DNA of 64,000 bases, taken from the NCBI GenBank assembly GCA_964620175.1, contig CAZUIL010000001.1, positions 12,584-76,583 on the forward strand, written 5' to 3'. Under the pieces are notes generated by a model. The model saw only the letters and a list, made by a program, of their open reading frames with translations. It ran no database searches and was not told the origin of the DNA. The stretch comes from an uncultured Candidatus Saccharibacteria bacterium (lineage in GTDB: Bacteria > Patescibacteriota > Saccharimonadia > Saccharimonadales > CAYZZS01). Of this stretch, positions 1 through 10,146 are shown in pieces (positions within the stretch are counted from its first letter, which is position 1; each line of letters starts with the position of its first letter). The position numbers were made by a program, and so were the translations under genes.

Positions 1-2622
1 CGGACCTGCAATGTCGTAGGATTGGACAATTTGCCCGTCGATCTTAAAGTTGACCTTGCCGCCGCCTTTATCCCCGTTGCCGCCAAGCGGGTGCGTTCCC
101 TGGCTGACAGTAGCAGTAAAGGTACAGCTGCCGTTGCACGAAGCCGGTGCACTCAAACTGATACCGGGTTTTTGGTCGCTACAGTTGTGCACATCATCGC
201 GCTCACTGGTGTTTGCGCCTTGGCCGGTAACGAATATGTCACCGGAGAAGTTGGTGGCATCTGCATTATCAACCTCTTTCTTCGCGCGCTCAGGTGTACA
301 GTCGGTAGCCAGCTTGTTGGAAATAATGTCAATGATCTGCTTTTGCCCTGGTTTGCTGGACTTTTGCTTATACCACGAGGGGTAGAGGTCGGTGCTTGGA
401 CTCGGCTCGATCGAGCCTGTCCCTACGTGGTTCCTGACCACAAAGGCCGGCAGTGATTGTATCCCTGAGGGCCGTTGGCGCTCTTCGGGTTGAAGGTTAT
501 CGTGTACCCTGTCCATCCATCCCTTCCAAATCGGCCGGGTCATGGTTTCCATAAAGCCGCGCATTTCAACCTGCCGGTTGTGGTAACCGACCCATACGCC
601 GGCGGCGTAATGGGTAGAGAAGCCCATAAGCAGGCCGTCCTTGGCATCGTTGGTAGTTCCGGTTTTGATGGAGTACTTGTGGCCCTTATAGCTATGTATT
701 TTTTGGCTGAAATAGCTTGCCCGCGGGTCAGACATCATGTCGGCGACGATATACGCCGTTTCAGGTCGGACGGCTTGCTCGCCCTTGCTCGGTTTCCACT
801 CATCGACTGTCTTGCCGTTGGCGTCCTCAATCTTCAAAATATAGGTGCGCGGTATGTTAAGGCCGTTGCGTGACAGGGTGGCATAGCCATGGACATGCTC
901 ATCAAGCTTTAGATAGGCGCCGTCACCTATGGCCGACGATGCGTAGCACTGGGATTCTTTCGTGAGCTGTTCATCCTCGTAGCATTTATAGCCGCTCTCG
1001 AGCCCCAGCTTTTCTGCTGTTTCAATCGTTTTATCGACCCCGGCGATCAGCATTGCCTTTACCGCCGGAACGTTGCGTGAACCGCCAAGCGCGTAACGCA
1101 GAGTAATCGGCCCGGGATAGCGGAAGTCATAGTTGTGCAAGCAGTTCCCACCGTTTTTTGGCTGCGCTTTGTTCGTGCAAGGGTAACCCTCTAGCGGTCC
1201 CTGGGTGTCATACAACACCGAACCGGCGCCAAAGTTCTCGGTGTGCTCCATTAATGCAGTGTAATCGTATGGCTTAAAACTGGACCCGGGCGGCAAGCGC
1301 AAACGGGCATAGTTGTTTTGGCCGAATTCCGGATTTGTGAAGTCTGCACCACCGACGAGTGCCACGACCTGACCAGTCTTGACGTCCTCCGCGACAAAAG
1401 CTGCGGAGTCCCCGCCCTGTCGCCGTACTTGTGAGAGGCCTTCGCTAACTTCCTCCTCAGCAATTTGCTGCATGTTCATGTCCAGCGTCGTAATAACCTT
1501 CCAGCCGCCACGCTGTACCGTCTCCGCCCCGAACCTTTCCTCCAGCTGCTCCTTGGCTGCCAGCACAAACCATGGCGCCTTGATGCCGTCATATTTCGGC
1601 AGGCGCGGCTTAACGGTAGCAACGATGTCCACCTTCTTCGCTTCCTCGGCCTCTTCACGGCTAACCATTCCTTGCTCCACCATTTGGTCGAGAATGTAGT
1701 GTTGGCGGCCGATTGTCGCCTCTTTGTCGAAATCGCCACTGTACGGTGAATAGTAACGCGGAGACTTTGGAATGGCGGCAAGCAGGGCAGATTCGGCAAG
1801 CGTTAAGTCCTTGGCCGATTTTTGGAAGTAATCACGCGCCGCAGCCTCCACGCCGTATTCTATGCCGCCGTACGGCGCGGTATTCAGGTAACCGGTGAGT
1901 ATCTCTTGTTTCGAATAGCTGCGTTCCAGTTCGATAGCCAGTATCAGCTCTTTGATTTTCCGGGTGTAGGTAACGTCTTTTGTCCAATCCTGGGTCAGCT
2001 TAACAAGCTGTTGGGTAATGGTTGAACCGCCCTGCTGGGAATCACCGCCGCCAAACACATTATTAAAGGCAGCGCGGGTAATGCCCCTGACGTCGAAGCC
2101 GCCATGCTTGAAGAAATCCTTATCCTCAATCGCTATGGTGGCATCCTTCATATCCTGCGAAATTTCCTCATCCCTCACCGGGATGCGTTTGGCAGCGTCA
2201 TAGTCTTCCCACAGCAGCGTCTCGCCGGTCTTGTCATAGTACCGGATACTGCCGCCAATGTTATTGCCGGAGATGTCCTTTAGGTTCGGTAGATCCTTAC
2301 GGAAATAGGCGAATACCCCCACCAGCAGCAGAAAACCGGCCACAATACCGATTCCAAGCAGCTTGAGCGCCATAATGCCGCCTTCGCGGCTGAACCAGTA
2401 CTTCGCCATGCGTTTCGGATGCAGGCGGTACAGTATTCGTTTGATCCGGTTTTTCGGCAAGGTGCTCAAGTAAGCGGCCTTACGCTTGGCACGGGCATCA
2501 CGACGTGCTTTCAGCCGATCTGTAATGCTCCTATGGACCTTAAAGGTCTTGCCGCTTTTGGTCGTAAAGACGTTTTTACTGGACCGACGGCGCCCACCCG
2601 ATCCTTTTTTAAGGGGTTTCAT
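1..2622 (-). CDS. Class A penicillin-binding protein (transglycosylase-transpeptidase, PBP1A family), 3' end outside the window
   Basis: Not in the ORF track because its stop lies outside the window. Manual translation from ATG 2622: MKPLKKGSGGRRRSSKNVFTT..., TM segment, transglycosylase motifs IEDKDFFKHGGFD and GGSTITQQL, transpeptidase PGSSFKP (SxxK) and KTGTT. GGAG lies upstream. Confidence 0.93.
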   Translation of the reverse strand, partial: MKPLKKGSGGRRRSSKNVFTTKSGKTFKVHRSITDRLKARRDARAKRKAAYLSTLPKNRIKRILYRLHPKRMAKYWFSREGGIMALKLLGIGIVAGFLLLVGVFAYFRKDLPNLKDISGNNIGGSIRYYDKTGETLLWEDYDAAKRIPVRDEEISQDMKDATIAIEDKDFFKHGGFDVRGITRAAFNNVFGGGDSQQGGSTITQQLVKLTQDWTKDVTYTRKIKELILAIELERSYSKQEILTGYLNTAPYGGIEYGVEAAARDYFQKSAKDLTLAESALLAAIPKSPRYYSPYSGDFDKEATIGRQHYILDQMVEQGMVSREEAEEAKKVDIVATVKPRLPKYDGIKAPWFVLAAKEQLEERFGAETVQRGGWKVITTLDMNMQQIAEEEVSEGLSQVRRQGGDSAAFVAEDVKTGQVVALVGGADFTNPEFGQNNYARLRLPPGSSFKPYDYTALMEHTENFGAGSVLYDTQGPLEGYPCTNKAQPKNGGNCLHNYDFRYPGPITLRYALGGSRNVPAVKAMLIAGVDKTIETAEKLGLESGYKCYEDEQLTKESQCYASSAIGDGAYLKLDEHVHGYATLSRNGLNIPRTYILKIEDANGKTVDEWKPSKGEQAVRPETAYIVADMMSDPRASYFSQKIHSYKGHKYSIKTGTTNDAKDGLLMGFSTHYAAGVWVGYHNRQVEMRGFMETMTRPIWKGWMDRVHDNLQPEERQRPSGIQSLPAFVVRNHVGTGSIEPSPSTDLYPSWYKQKSSKPGQKQIIDIISNKLATDCTPERAKKEVDNADATNFSGDIFVTGQGANTSERDDVHNCSDQKPGISLSAPASCNGSCTFTATVSQGTHPLGGNGDKGGGKVNFKIDGQIVQSYDIAGP

Positions 2623-2800
2623 TTACAGATACAACTCCATATAAGTGATAGGGTAATTATATCAAATCATAGCCCAAATCAATGCAGAAATATACTTGTG
2701 CTAATGCCCCGGGCAGCTAATTAGCTACTTTATAGAAGAAGTAAAATGAGGTAAGGTTTATTAAGAACGCAAAACAGCAAATGATACATTGGGCAGCATA

Positions 2801-4051
2801 ATGACATTATCCGAAGAAATACAATGGCGGGGCTTCGTTAGCCAAACTACTTTAGGCAGTCTAAAGCTGCTTGATGAAGAAAATAAGGCGTTCTACATGG
2901 GTTTTGACGCCTCCGCTCCGTCCCAGACGGTTGGTAACCTGGCAGCCATGATGTTTGCCAAGGCCTTTCTCCGCCATGGCTGGAAGGGCGTACTCTTGGC
3001 CGGCGGCTCAACCAGCCTCATCGGTGACCCTGGCGGTAAGGATGCTGAGAGGCCGTTGCAGGATGAAGCGACGATTGCCCGCAACGTGTCGAACGCAGCC
3101 GAGCAGATCAAGCGAATCATGAGCGGTTATGAATTTAAAATGGTTAATAACCTCGATTGGACCCGTGACATGCGGGTTATCCCTTTTTTGCGTGATATCG
3201 GTAAACACTTTTCGATGACGCCGCTTATCCAGCGTGACTATATTGCCAAGCGGCTCGGCGAAAGCGGCAGCGGCATAAGTTATGCCGAGTTCAGTTATAC
3301 GATACTGCAAGGCATGGACTATCTTCATCTTTACGATACGGAGGGCGTGACGCTGCAGCTCGGCGGTTCCGACCAATGGGGCAACTGTTTGTCCGGTGTG
3401 GAGCTTATCCGTAAAGCAAGAGGTGCCCAGGCGGATGCTATCACACTGAACCTTGTCATCAATAAGGCTACCGGCAAGAAATTTGGTAAAAGTGAAGAAG
3501 GTGCTATCTGGCTGGACGCTACGATGACCAGTGTCTATAAGTTCTTCCAATTCTGGTTGAACGCTGATGATGCGGGCGTTGAGGGCTACCTGAAGATCTT
3601 CACGGAACTTGACAAGGGTACGGTTGAACGGGTAATGGCTGAGTTTAACGCGGACCGTGGACAACGAACCGCACAAAAGACGCTTGCTTACGAAGTGACT
3701 AAGCTGGTGCATGGACAGGATCGGGCCGACTCAGCCAAACGTGCCAGTGACGCGTTGTTTGGCGCGGGTGATTACACTGACCTTAAGGCTGAAGACTTCG
3801 CGATGCTGGCTAATGAGGTACCGACCATACACTGCCCTGCCGGCACTGATTTTGTCGCGGTACTAGTCAGTGCCGGTCTAGCGAAATCCAATTCTGAGGC
3901 GAGACGCTACTTGCAAGAAAAATCAGTGTACGTCAACGGCACGCAACTACCCGAGGGTAAGGAAACGCTCGCAGAGGATGACGTCATTAACGGCTTTACA
4001 ATCATTCGGCGCGGTAGAAATTCAGTAGCCCTGGTACGGATAGGTAAGTAG
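2801..4051 (+). CDS. tyrS: Tyrosine--tRNA ligase
   Basis: YMGFDASA, IGDPGG, LQLGGSDQWGN, KFGKS, C-terminal S4-like domain. HIGH motif diverged to TVGN. ATG 2801 preferred. Confidence 0.97.
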   Translation: MTLSEEIQWRGFVSQTTLGSLKLLDEENKAFYMGFDASAPSQTVGNLAAMMFAKAFLRHGWKGVLLAGGSTSLIGDPGGKDAERPLQDEATIARNVSNAAEQIKRIMSGYEFKMVNNLDWTRDMRVIPFLRDIGKHFSMTPLIQRDYIAKRLGESGSGISYAEFSYTILQGMDYLHLYDTEGVTLQLGGSDQWGNCLSGVELIRKARGAQADAITLNLVINKATGKKFGKSEEGAIWLDATMTSVYKFFQFWLNADDAGVEGYLKIFTELDKGTVERVMAEFNADRGQRTAQKTLAYEVTKLVHGQDRADSAKRASDALFGAGDYTDLKAEDFAMLANEVPTIHCPAGTDFVAVLVSAGLAKSNSEARRYLQEKSVYVNGTQLPEGKETLAEDDVINGFTIIRRGRNSVALVRIGK

Positions 4052-4069
4052 TGTATACTGCACAAAGTC

Positions 4070-4888
4070 ATGCCACGAGCCACAAGCAAGCAAACACAAA
4101 GAAAACAGGCAAGCCGAACCGAGGCCAAGAAACCGAATAAGCGGGCCGATCAGTACAATGACCCAAGCCACAACTACTTGCACTATTGGCAGGGGCGGGA
4201 ATACGAGCATGCTGCCGAAGAGGCTGCGCTTCGCCGCCTACTTAAGGGCCAGCACTTCCGCCATGCCGTTGATATTGGTGGCGGTTACGGGAGGCTGTGT
4301 GTGTTCCTTAAGCGGTATGCCGACCGTGTCACGCTGGCTGAGCCTTCTAAACAGCAGCTTGATATAGCCAAGGTGTTTTTAAAGGACCATCCAGAAGTAG
4401 AGCAGTTGCTTATGCAGGCTGATGATTTACAGTTTGCTGATGGCTCGGTTGATTTGGTTACCATGATTCGTGTCATGCACCACTTGCCTGATCCGAGTGC
4501 TGAGTTTGCCGAGGTAGCTCGTGTCCTGGCTGATGATGGGGTGTTCATACTTGAAGTCGCAAACTACGCCCACGCCAGGAATAGGCTCAGGCACTTTCTA
4601 CGAAGCAAGCCCTTGCCTGAAGAGCCAATTGATATTCGCTCCAAGGCAAACCGCCACGACGACGAAATCCCGTTCGTCAACCACAATCCGAAGACGGTAA
4701 TCAGGCAGCTGGCACATGCCGGCCTGAGGGTGGAGCGCGTACTTTCAGTGTCGAACCTCCGCTCTCCTACACTCAAGAAAGTTGTACCCCGCACTGTCAT
4801 GCTATCTATAGAAAAGATACTGCAGCCAACGCTCGCAAGGACATACTTTGGCCCGAGCGTATTTATGAAAGTCACCAAAGCCCGGTAG
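4070..4888 (+). CDS. Class I SAM-dependent methyltransferase
   Basis: VDIGGGYG motif I, ADDLQFADGSVDLV, HHLPDP, RVLADDG. Confidence 0.88.
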   Translation: MPRATSKQTQRKQASRTEAKKPNKRADQYNDPSHNYLHYWQGREYEHAAEEAALRRLLKGQHFRHAVDIGGGYGRLCVFLKRYADRVTLAEPSKQQLDIAKVFLKDHPEVEQLLMQADDLQFADGSVDLVTMIRVMHHLPDPSAEFAEVARVLADDGVFILEVANYAHARNRLRHFLRSKPLPEEPIDIRSKANRHDDEIPFVNHNPKTVIRQLAHAGLRVERVLSVSNLRSPTLKKVVPRTVMLSIEKILQPTLARTYFGPSVFMKVTKAR

Positions 4889-4907
4889 TTCGTCTATACT
4901 TTATCCT

Positions 4908-6944
4908 GTGGAGCTAGACCAACCGGTATCAGCAATTAAAGGTGTAGGCGAGGAAATTGCCAAGAAGTACAGGCAGCTTGGGATTGGCAGTGTTGAAGAA
5001 CTCATCGCCTACTATCCGAGGCGTTACGATGATTACTCCAGCATTGAACCGATTGCCGGCATTAAACCCGGAATGGTGACCATACGGGCGTACGTTAAGC
5101 AGGTGAAAGGCAGGTATGTCCGCCGGGGACTGCATATTACTGAAGCAGTTGCCAGTGACGACAGCGGCAGCGTTCGCCTGGTGTGGTTCAACCAGCCGTA
5201 CCGCGAATCAGGCATAAAGCGTAACGCCGAATATTTTATCTCAGGGCAGTTCGAACTCAGCCGGCAGCGGCTGGCAATTATGAATCCATCGGCTGAACTG
5301 GTCAGTGATTTTCCTCTAAACACAGCGCGCATTGTGCCGATATACCGGGAGACGAAGGGCTTGAAATCGCAAATGGTCCGGCGTCACCTGAAGCAGCTGG
5401 TGCCTACGATGCGGGCCTTGCCTGAGTCATTGCCAGCCTGGATAGTGAAACAGAACCAGCTGCTATCCTTGTCCAACGCTGTCGTAACAATGCACTTTCC
5501 AGCGTCATCAGCCGAACTGGCCGACGCAAAACGGCGGCTCGGGTTTGAAGAAGTATTCCAGCTTAGTTTGGCCAGCCAGCTCAATAAGCATGAGTTGTTG
5601 CTGGAGCAAGCAGTCAGCATACCCTTCGATGAACGGCTGGCCAAGCAGTTTGTGGCCCATTTACCGTTCAAGCTAACCGACGCGCAGCGCCGTGCCGTCT
5701 GGCAAATATACTTGGACATGCAAAAGACCCAGCCGATGAATCGGCTACTCGAAGGTGATGTGGGGTCAGGTAAGACTGTGGTCGGTACAATGGCGGCGGT
5801 TATGGCGATCAACCAGGGTTTTCAAATTGCATTTATGGCGCCGACGGAAATCCTTGCCCGCCAGCATGCTGAGACGGTTCACAGGCTGCTCCAACCTCTA
5901 GGCCTAGCCGGTTCGGTCGGGTTGCTTATCGGGGGCATGCCGGCCAGCCAAAAACGGCTGGCGTACGAGCAAATAGCAAACGGCAGCGTTCAGTTCCTCA
6001 TTGGCACCCACGCTTTAATACAGGAAAAGGTTGACATGCATAAGCTTGGCCTCGTGATTGTTGATGAACAGCACCGATTTGGCGTTGAGCAGCGCAAGAA
6101 ACTCCAAGCCAAGGCCGGTCATATGCCGCACGTGCTTAATATGACCGCGACGCCGATACCGCGGAGTCTGGCGTTAACGTTGTACGGTGAGCTGGATGTA
6201 ACTATCATCGAGACAAAACCGCACGGCAGAAAGCCGATAGTGACAAAGATATGTTCTCCGAACTCAAGACAGCAGCTCTATGAAACGGTTGAAAGGGAGC
6301 TTGTGGCCGGCCGCCAGATGTTTGTGGTGTGTCCACAGATTTCCAGCAGCTCGTCGTCCGGAGGGAGATCTGCCGAGGCAGTTTACGAACAGCTTAGAAA
6401 GGGCCCGTTTAAGCACCGGCGCGTCGGATTGCTGCACGGGCGCATGAACCCTTCGGAAAAAAGTTCCGTGATGGAACAATTTTCGCAGCACGAGCTTGAT
6501 ATTTTAGTAGCGACAACCGTCATAGAGGTTGGAGTTGATGTGCCAAACGCTAGCGTGATGATAATTGAAGAAGCTGACAAGTTCGGCCTGGCACAAATGC
6601 ATCAGCTGCGTGGCCGCGTTGGCAGAGGCAGTCATCAAGGTTACTGCTACCTGGTGACGAGTGATTCCTCAGCTCCATCCAAGCGGCTCCGTGCGCTCGA
6701 GCAATCAACTGACGGTTTTAAGCTGGCAGAACTGGATCTTGATATCCGTGGACCTGGCGCAATCTATGGAACCCTCCAACACGGCCAGCTTGATCTGCGG
6801 GTGGCGAATTTAGCAGACACCAAGCTGATTGCGGCTGCCCGGTTGTCAGCTAAGGAGTTCGTTAAGCGCGGCGAAAATCTGTTAAAATACCCTTATCTGC
6901 ATGACCGCGTAAAACAGCTTCGTTCTGTTACTAACCTCAACTAG
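4908..6944 (+). CDS. recG: ATP-dependent DNA helicase RecG
   Basis: RLLEGDVGSGKT, MAPTEILARQH, DEQHRFG, MTATPIPRSL, QLRGRVGR, DLDIRGPG. Confidence 0.97.
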   Translation: MELDQPVSAIKGVGEEIAKKYRQLGIGSVEELIAYYPRRYDDYSSIEPIAGIKPGMVTIRAYVKQVKGRYVRRGLHITEAVASDDSGSVRLVWFNQPYRESGIKRNAEYFISGQFELSRQRLAIMNPSAELVSDFPLNTARIVPIYRETKGLKSQMVRRHLKQLVPTMRALPESLPAWIVKQNQLLSLSNAVVTMHFPASSAELADAKRRLGFEEVFQLSLASQLNKHELLLEQAVSIPFDERLAKQFVAHLPFKLTDAQRRAVWQIYLDMQKTQPMNRLLEGDVGSGKTVVGTMAAVMAINQGFQIAFMAPTEILARQHAETVHRLLQPLGLAGSVGLLIGGMPASQKRLAYEQIANGSVQFLIGTHALIQEKVDMHKLGLVIVDEQHRFGVEQRKKLQAKAGHMPHVLNMTATPIPRSLALTLYGELDVTIIETKPHGRKPIVTKICSPNSRQQLYETVERELVAGRQMFVVCPQISSSSSSGGRSAEAVYEQLRKGPFKHRRVGLLHGRMNPSEKSSVMEQFSQHELDILVATTVIEVGVDVPNASVMIIEEADKFGLAQMHQLRGRVGRGSHQGYCYLVTSDSSAPSKRLRALEQSTDGFKLAELDLDIRGPGAIYGTLQHGQLDLRVANLADTKLIAAARLSAKEFVKRGENLLKYPYLHDRVKQLRSVTNLN

Positions 6945-7035
6945 CAGCTGCACTAGAGCCATTGCGCCCGTAGTGCTTGAACCAAGTTATAAACCTAATG
7001 ACAGGAGCGCTGAAACCCCTTCAGTCGGATTACAC

Positions 7036-7863
7036 ATGTACGCAGGAACGACGCTTACGAAGTATTCAGGACGATTGTTTGGCGCACACCAGAAGATAGA
7101 TCGGATAGCGCGGCGGCACTTGGCGCGGCTGGTAACTGATGACAGTCGGTTCCCCGGCATTAAGACCATACTGGCATTTGAAGGGCGGAACGGCCCTGAC
7201 GGTATTAAACGGAAGAGCCCGGCAAAGGATGAGCCGTGGCATTTTTTTAACCCCTTTACGGATACCGATTCGGATCTCTTTCAAAATATAGAAGAGCATT
7301 ACACCAGACTAGTGCAAGAACTGAAGTCTGCTAACATGGAACGTTCCGCCTTTGAGGCAGCCTGGTTGGCACATGCCATAGTCGATGGCCTGACGCCCGC
7401 CCATCATTATCCCTACGAACAAAGGCTTGCTGAGCTGCGTGGCGGCCAGGGCAACGAAAGCCGTAACAGTCTGAAGCAAAAACTTGTTATGCCCGGCAGC
7501 AACCGCCGCGAGAAGGTGAAGAACAATTGGCACATGTGGGGCCCGCGTGGCTTGATTACCTCCCACGGGTTATTTGAATTCGGGGTAGCCAGCATTATAA
7601 AGCCGCTATCATTTAACGACGCAGTACCGACGCCGAAAGAAGTCGAACTGGCCGGTGCGCTCGGCGTGATTGAAATCTTTAAGCGCAGTGCCCGCGAGAT
7701 AGGCATCATGGACATGTACGGCAACTACCAAAGGAAGGGTTGGACGCCGCGGCTGGCATGGCAGGTACGCCACCGCCTTGGGCCGATTATCATCCGCACC
7801 GTTACTTTGGCTTGGTATTCAGCGATGCTCGATGCAGGATTGATGAAGGGTAAAGGAGTATAG
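7036..7863 (+). CDS. Putative zinc-dependent phospholipase C / S1-P1 nuclease-fold protein
   Basis: Candidate metal ligands in family order: GAHQ, GPDG, WHFFNP, AHAIVDGLTPAHH, HGLFE. Start at ATG 7036 (GTG 6973 is an alternative). Confidence 0.6.
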   Translation: MYAGTTLTKYSGRLFGAHQKIDRIARRHLARLVTDDSRFPGIKTILAFEGRNGPDGIKRKSPAKDEPWHFFNPFTDTDSDLFQNIEEHYTRLVQELKSANMERSAFEAAWLAHAIVDGLTPAHHYPYEQRLAELRGGQGNESRNSLKQKLVMPGSNRREKVKNNWHMWGPRGLITSHGLFEFGVASIIKPLSFNDAVPTPKEVELAGALGVIEIFKRSAREIGIMDMYGNYQRKGWTPRLAWQVRHRLGPIIIRTVTLAWYSAMLDAGLMKGKGV

Positions 7864-7866
7864 GGA

Positions 7867-8406
7867 GTGAGAGTCATTGCCGGCAGGCTCGGCGGCCGGG
7901 AATTTGCCGCACCAAAGGGACATCGGACCCATCCGATGAGTGACAAGATACGCGGTGCGCTGTTTAATATGCTCGGCGACATCTCTGGGCTGACTGTTTT
8001 AGACGCCTTTGCCGGCAGCGGTGCCCTGAGCATAGAGGCGGTAAGCCGCGGGGCGAAGCACGCCATTGCCGTAGAGCGTGACAAAAACGCCGTGGAAACT
8101 GCCCGGGGAAATGTCATTTCCCTTGGCGTAGTCGGGCAGGTAAAGGTTACCCAAGCTAATATTTCCAGCTGGTCGGACAACAACCCTGAGCGTACGTTTG
8201 ACCTGGTACTGTGTGATCCGCCCTTCGATATCGATAACGTCGGATTGCTTAACAAACTCTCCCGGCATGTAGTGGAAAGCGGTACGTACGTGCTTTCGCT
8301 GCCGGCCGACCGAGATGCACCAGAGCTGTCAGGACTCTTGCCGGCAGCATCCAAAGACTATGGCGATGCTCAGCTGGTAGTGTATAAACACCGGGGTGCA
8401 AAATAG
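7867..8406 (+). CDS. rsmD: 16S rRNA m2G966 methyltransferase RsmD
   Basis: MRVIAG, VLDAFAGSGALSIEAVSRGA, DPPF. Confidence 0.93.
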   Translation: MRVIAGRLGGREFAAPKGHRTHPMSDKIRGALFNMLGDISGLTVLDAFAGSGALSIEAVSRGAKHAIAVERDKNAVETARGNVISLGVVGQVKVTQANISSWSDNNPERTFDLVLCDPPFDIDNVGLLNKLSRHVVESGTYVLSLPADRDAPELSGLLPAASKDYGDAQLVVYKHRGAK

Positions 8407-8456
8407 CATCCGAGGTAGAGTTTTGGGATAAATTCGTTTAAAATACGTGTTGAATT

Positions 8457-8541
8457 GCCGGAGTGGTGGAATTGGTAGACACGCATGCCTTAGGAGCATG
8501 TGCCTTCGGGCGTGAAGGTTCAAGTCCTTTCTCCGGCACCA
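8457..8541 (+). tRNA. tRNA-Leu(TAG)
   Basis: Acceptor GCCGGAG/CTCCGGC, anticodon arm CATGC-CTTAGGA-GCATG, long variable arm, GTTCAA T-loop, encoded CCA. Confidence 0.97.
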
Positions 8542-8545
8542 TTCC

Positions 8546-8582
8546 AATAAAATCCTCAAGCAGACAGAGGGTTTTATTATTT
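8546..8582. terminator. Probable bidirectional terminator hairpin
   Basis: AATAAAATCCTC ... GAGGGTTTTATT inverted repeat between tRNA-Leu (+) and a small minus-strand ORF. Confidence 0.6.
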
Positions 8583-8596
8583 AAGGCGCAGCTACG

Positions 8597-8698
8597 TTAG
8601 AAATCCGTAGTTTTGCTCCGAAGCAGCGAAGCGACGACAACAGACCCAACAGCGCCGACAACGGCGCCAATGAGAGCTGCGAAATCAAGAGGAGACAT
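8597..8698 (-). CDS. Putative 33-aa single-pass membrane peptide
   Basis: MSPLDFAALIGAVVGAVGSVVVASLLRSKTTDF*: hydrophobic helix then a basic tail. Ends just before the terminator and is below the ORF-track cutoff. Confidence 0.5.
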   Translation of the reverse strand: MSPLDFAALIGAVVGAVGSVVVASLLRSKTTDF

Positions 8699-8832
8699 AC
8701 AAAATCACCGTTTATGTTTATGAACTGTCCCACTACTATACCTGACGTTCGATGCCGACGGAAGACCAAACAGCACATTTTATATACCGCGTAGTTTCCA
8801 AGTGTGCCGTGAACTCGTATAATAACAGCAAT

Positions 8833-10146
8833 ATGTCACTTCCGACCCAGGCCTATAAAGGCGCACGTGATTTTTATCCAGATGACAAGCGACTGCAAAA
8901 ATACCTCTTTAGTGTAATGCGCGCAGCCGTCGAGAAGTTCGGCTATGAAGAGTACGATGCACCGATCATAGAGCCCTTGGCGATTTATCAGGCAAAAACC
9001 AGTGACGAAATCGTCAATGAGCAAACGTATGCGTTTACCGACCGCGGCGGCCGTGAGGTCGTGTTGCGGCCAGAGATGACCCCCTCCGTATCAAGAATGG
9101 TTGCCGCCAAACGGCAGGAGCTCAGCTATCCCCTCCGGTGGTACAGCATACCTAACCTTTGGCGATATGAGCGTCCCCAACGGGGCAGGATGCGCGAACA
9201 CTGGCAGTTAAATGTTGATCTCTTTGGCGTTGAGGGCCTCGAGGCCGAGCACGAGCTTATCAGTCTCGCTGCAACCATAATGCGCACCTTCGGCGCGAAG
9301 CCGGAAACTTATAAAATCCGGATCAACAATCGCCAGCTGCTGAACGAGGCTTTGCATGGTTATCTTGGCCTAAGCCAAGTTCAGGCCCATACGTTGTCAA
9401 AACTGCTGGACCGGCGCCAGAAAATGGACAAGGCTGAATTTACTGCTGAGGCAGACGCACTGCTAACACCGACGCAGCGCGAAGCCGGTACAGCCGGGCG
9501 GCTTTTCGACCTGCTAGATGTCAGTTCGTTTGAGGAGCTGCCGGCTGAGCTGGCTGCTCATCATTCCGTGACAGAGCTCAAACGCCTGCTCAAGCTCCTG
9601 GCGGACTCCGGTGTTGCAAATGCGGTGTTTGATCTTACGCTTGTCCGGGGGTTTGATTACTATACCGGCATTGTGTTCGAAATTTTCGACGTGCATCCGG
9701 AAAATAACCGCTCAATGTTTGGCGGCGGCCGTTATGATGGCCTGGTCGCCCTGTTCGGTGTCGAACCGGTACCGACAGTCGGTTTTGGCATGGGCGACGT
9801 AACATTGCAGAACTTTTTAGAAATGCATAACCTGCTGCCAACCCTGAAGACAGAAATTGAACTTTACGTCGTGCTCATCGGTGACATATACGAGCAGGCC
9901 GTCAAGCCAGTTTCTGAGTTACGTGAGATGGGACTGAGGGTGGTGGTAGACCTTTCCGGCAAGAAGCCAGACAAGCAAATTAAAACGGCAGTGAAAAAAG
10001 GTGTGCATTACGTACTGTTTATTGGTGAAAATGAATTGAGTTCAGACCAGTACATGCTGAAGAACCTTGAAACCGGTAAGGAGGAGAGGCATAGCTTGCA
10101 GCGGATTGTTAGTATAGTGAAAGACTACCGGGATGACAGCCGCTAA
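8833..10146 (+). CDS. hisS: Histidine--tRNA ligase
   Basis: KGARDF, LRPEMTPS, RYERPQRGR, LVRGFDYYTG, GGGRYD. ATG 8833 follows TATAAT. Confidence 0.97.
   Translation: MSLPTQAYKGARDFYPDDKRLQKYLFSVMRAAVEKFGYEEYDAPIIEPLAIYQAKTSDEIVNEQTYAFTDRGGREVVLRPEMTPSVSRMVAAKRQELSYPLRWYSIPNLWRYERPQRGRMREHWQLNVDLFGVEGLEAEHELISLAATIMRTFGAKPETYKIRINNRQLLNEALHGYLGLSQVQAHTLSKLLDRRQKMDKAEFTAEADALLTPTQREAGTAGRLFDLLDVSSFEELPAELAAHHSVTELKRLLKLLADSGVANAVFDLTLVRGFDYYTGIVFEIFDVHPENNRSMFGGGRYDGLVALFGVEPVPTVGFGMGDVTLQNFLEMHNLLPTLKTEIELYVVLIGDIYEQAVKPVSELREMGLRVVVDLSGKKPDKQIKTAVKKGVHYVLFIGENELSSDQYMLKNLETGKEERHSLQRIVSIVKDYRDDSR

Noticed and set aside
22-2724. Series of plus-strand ORFs (61-144 aa) in the ORF track
   Set aside because: They are antisense shadows of the minus-strand PBP gene, which the track omitted because its stop lies outside the window.
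8329-8559. Minus-strand 76-aa ORF
   Set aside because: It is the antisense reading of tRNA-Leu and the end of rsmD.
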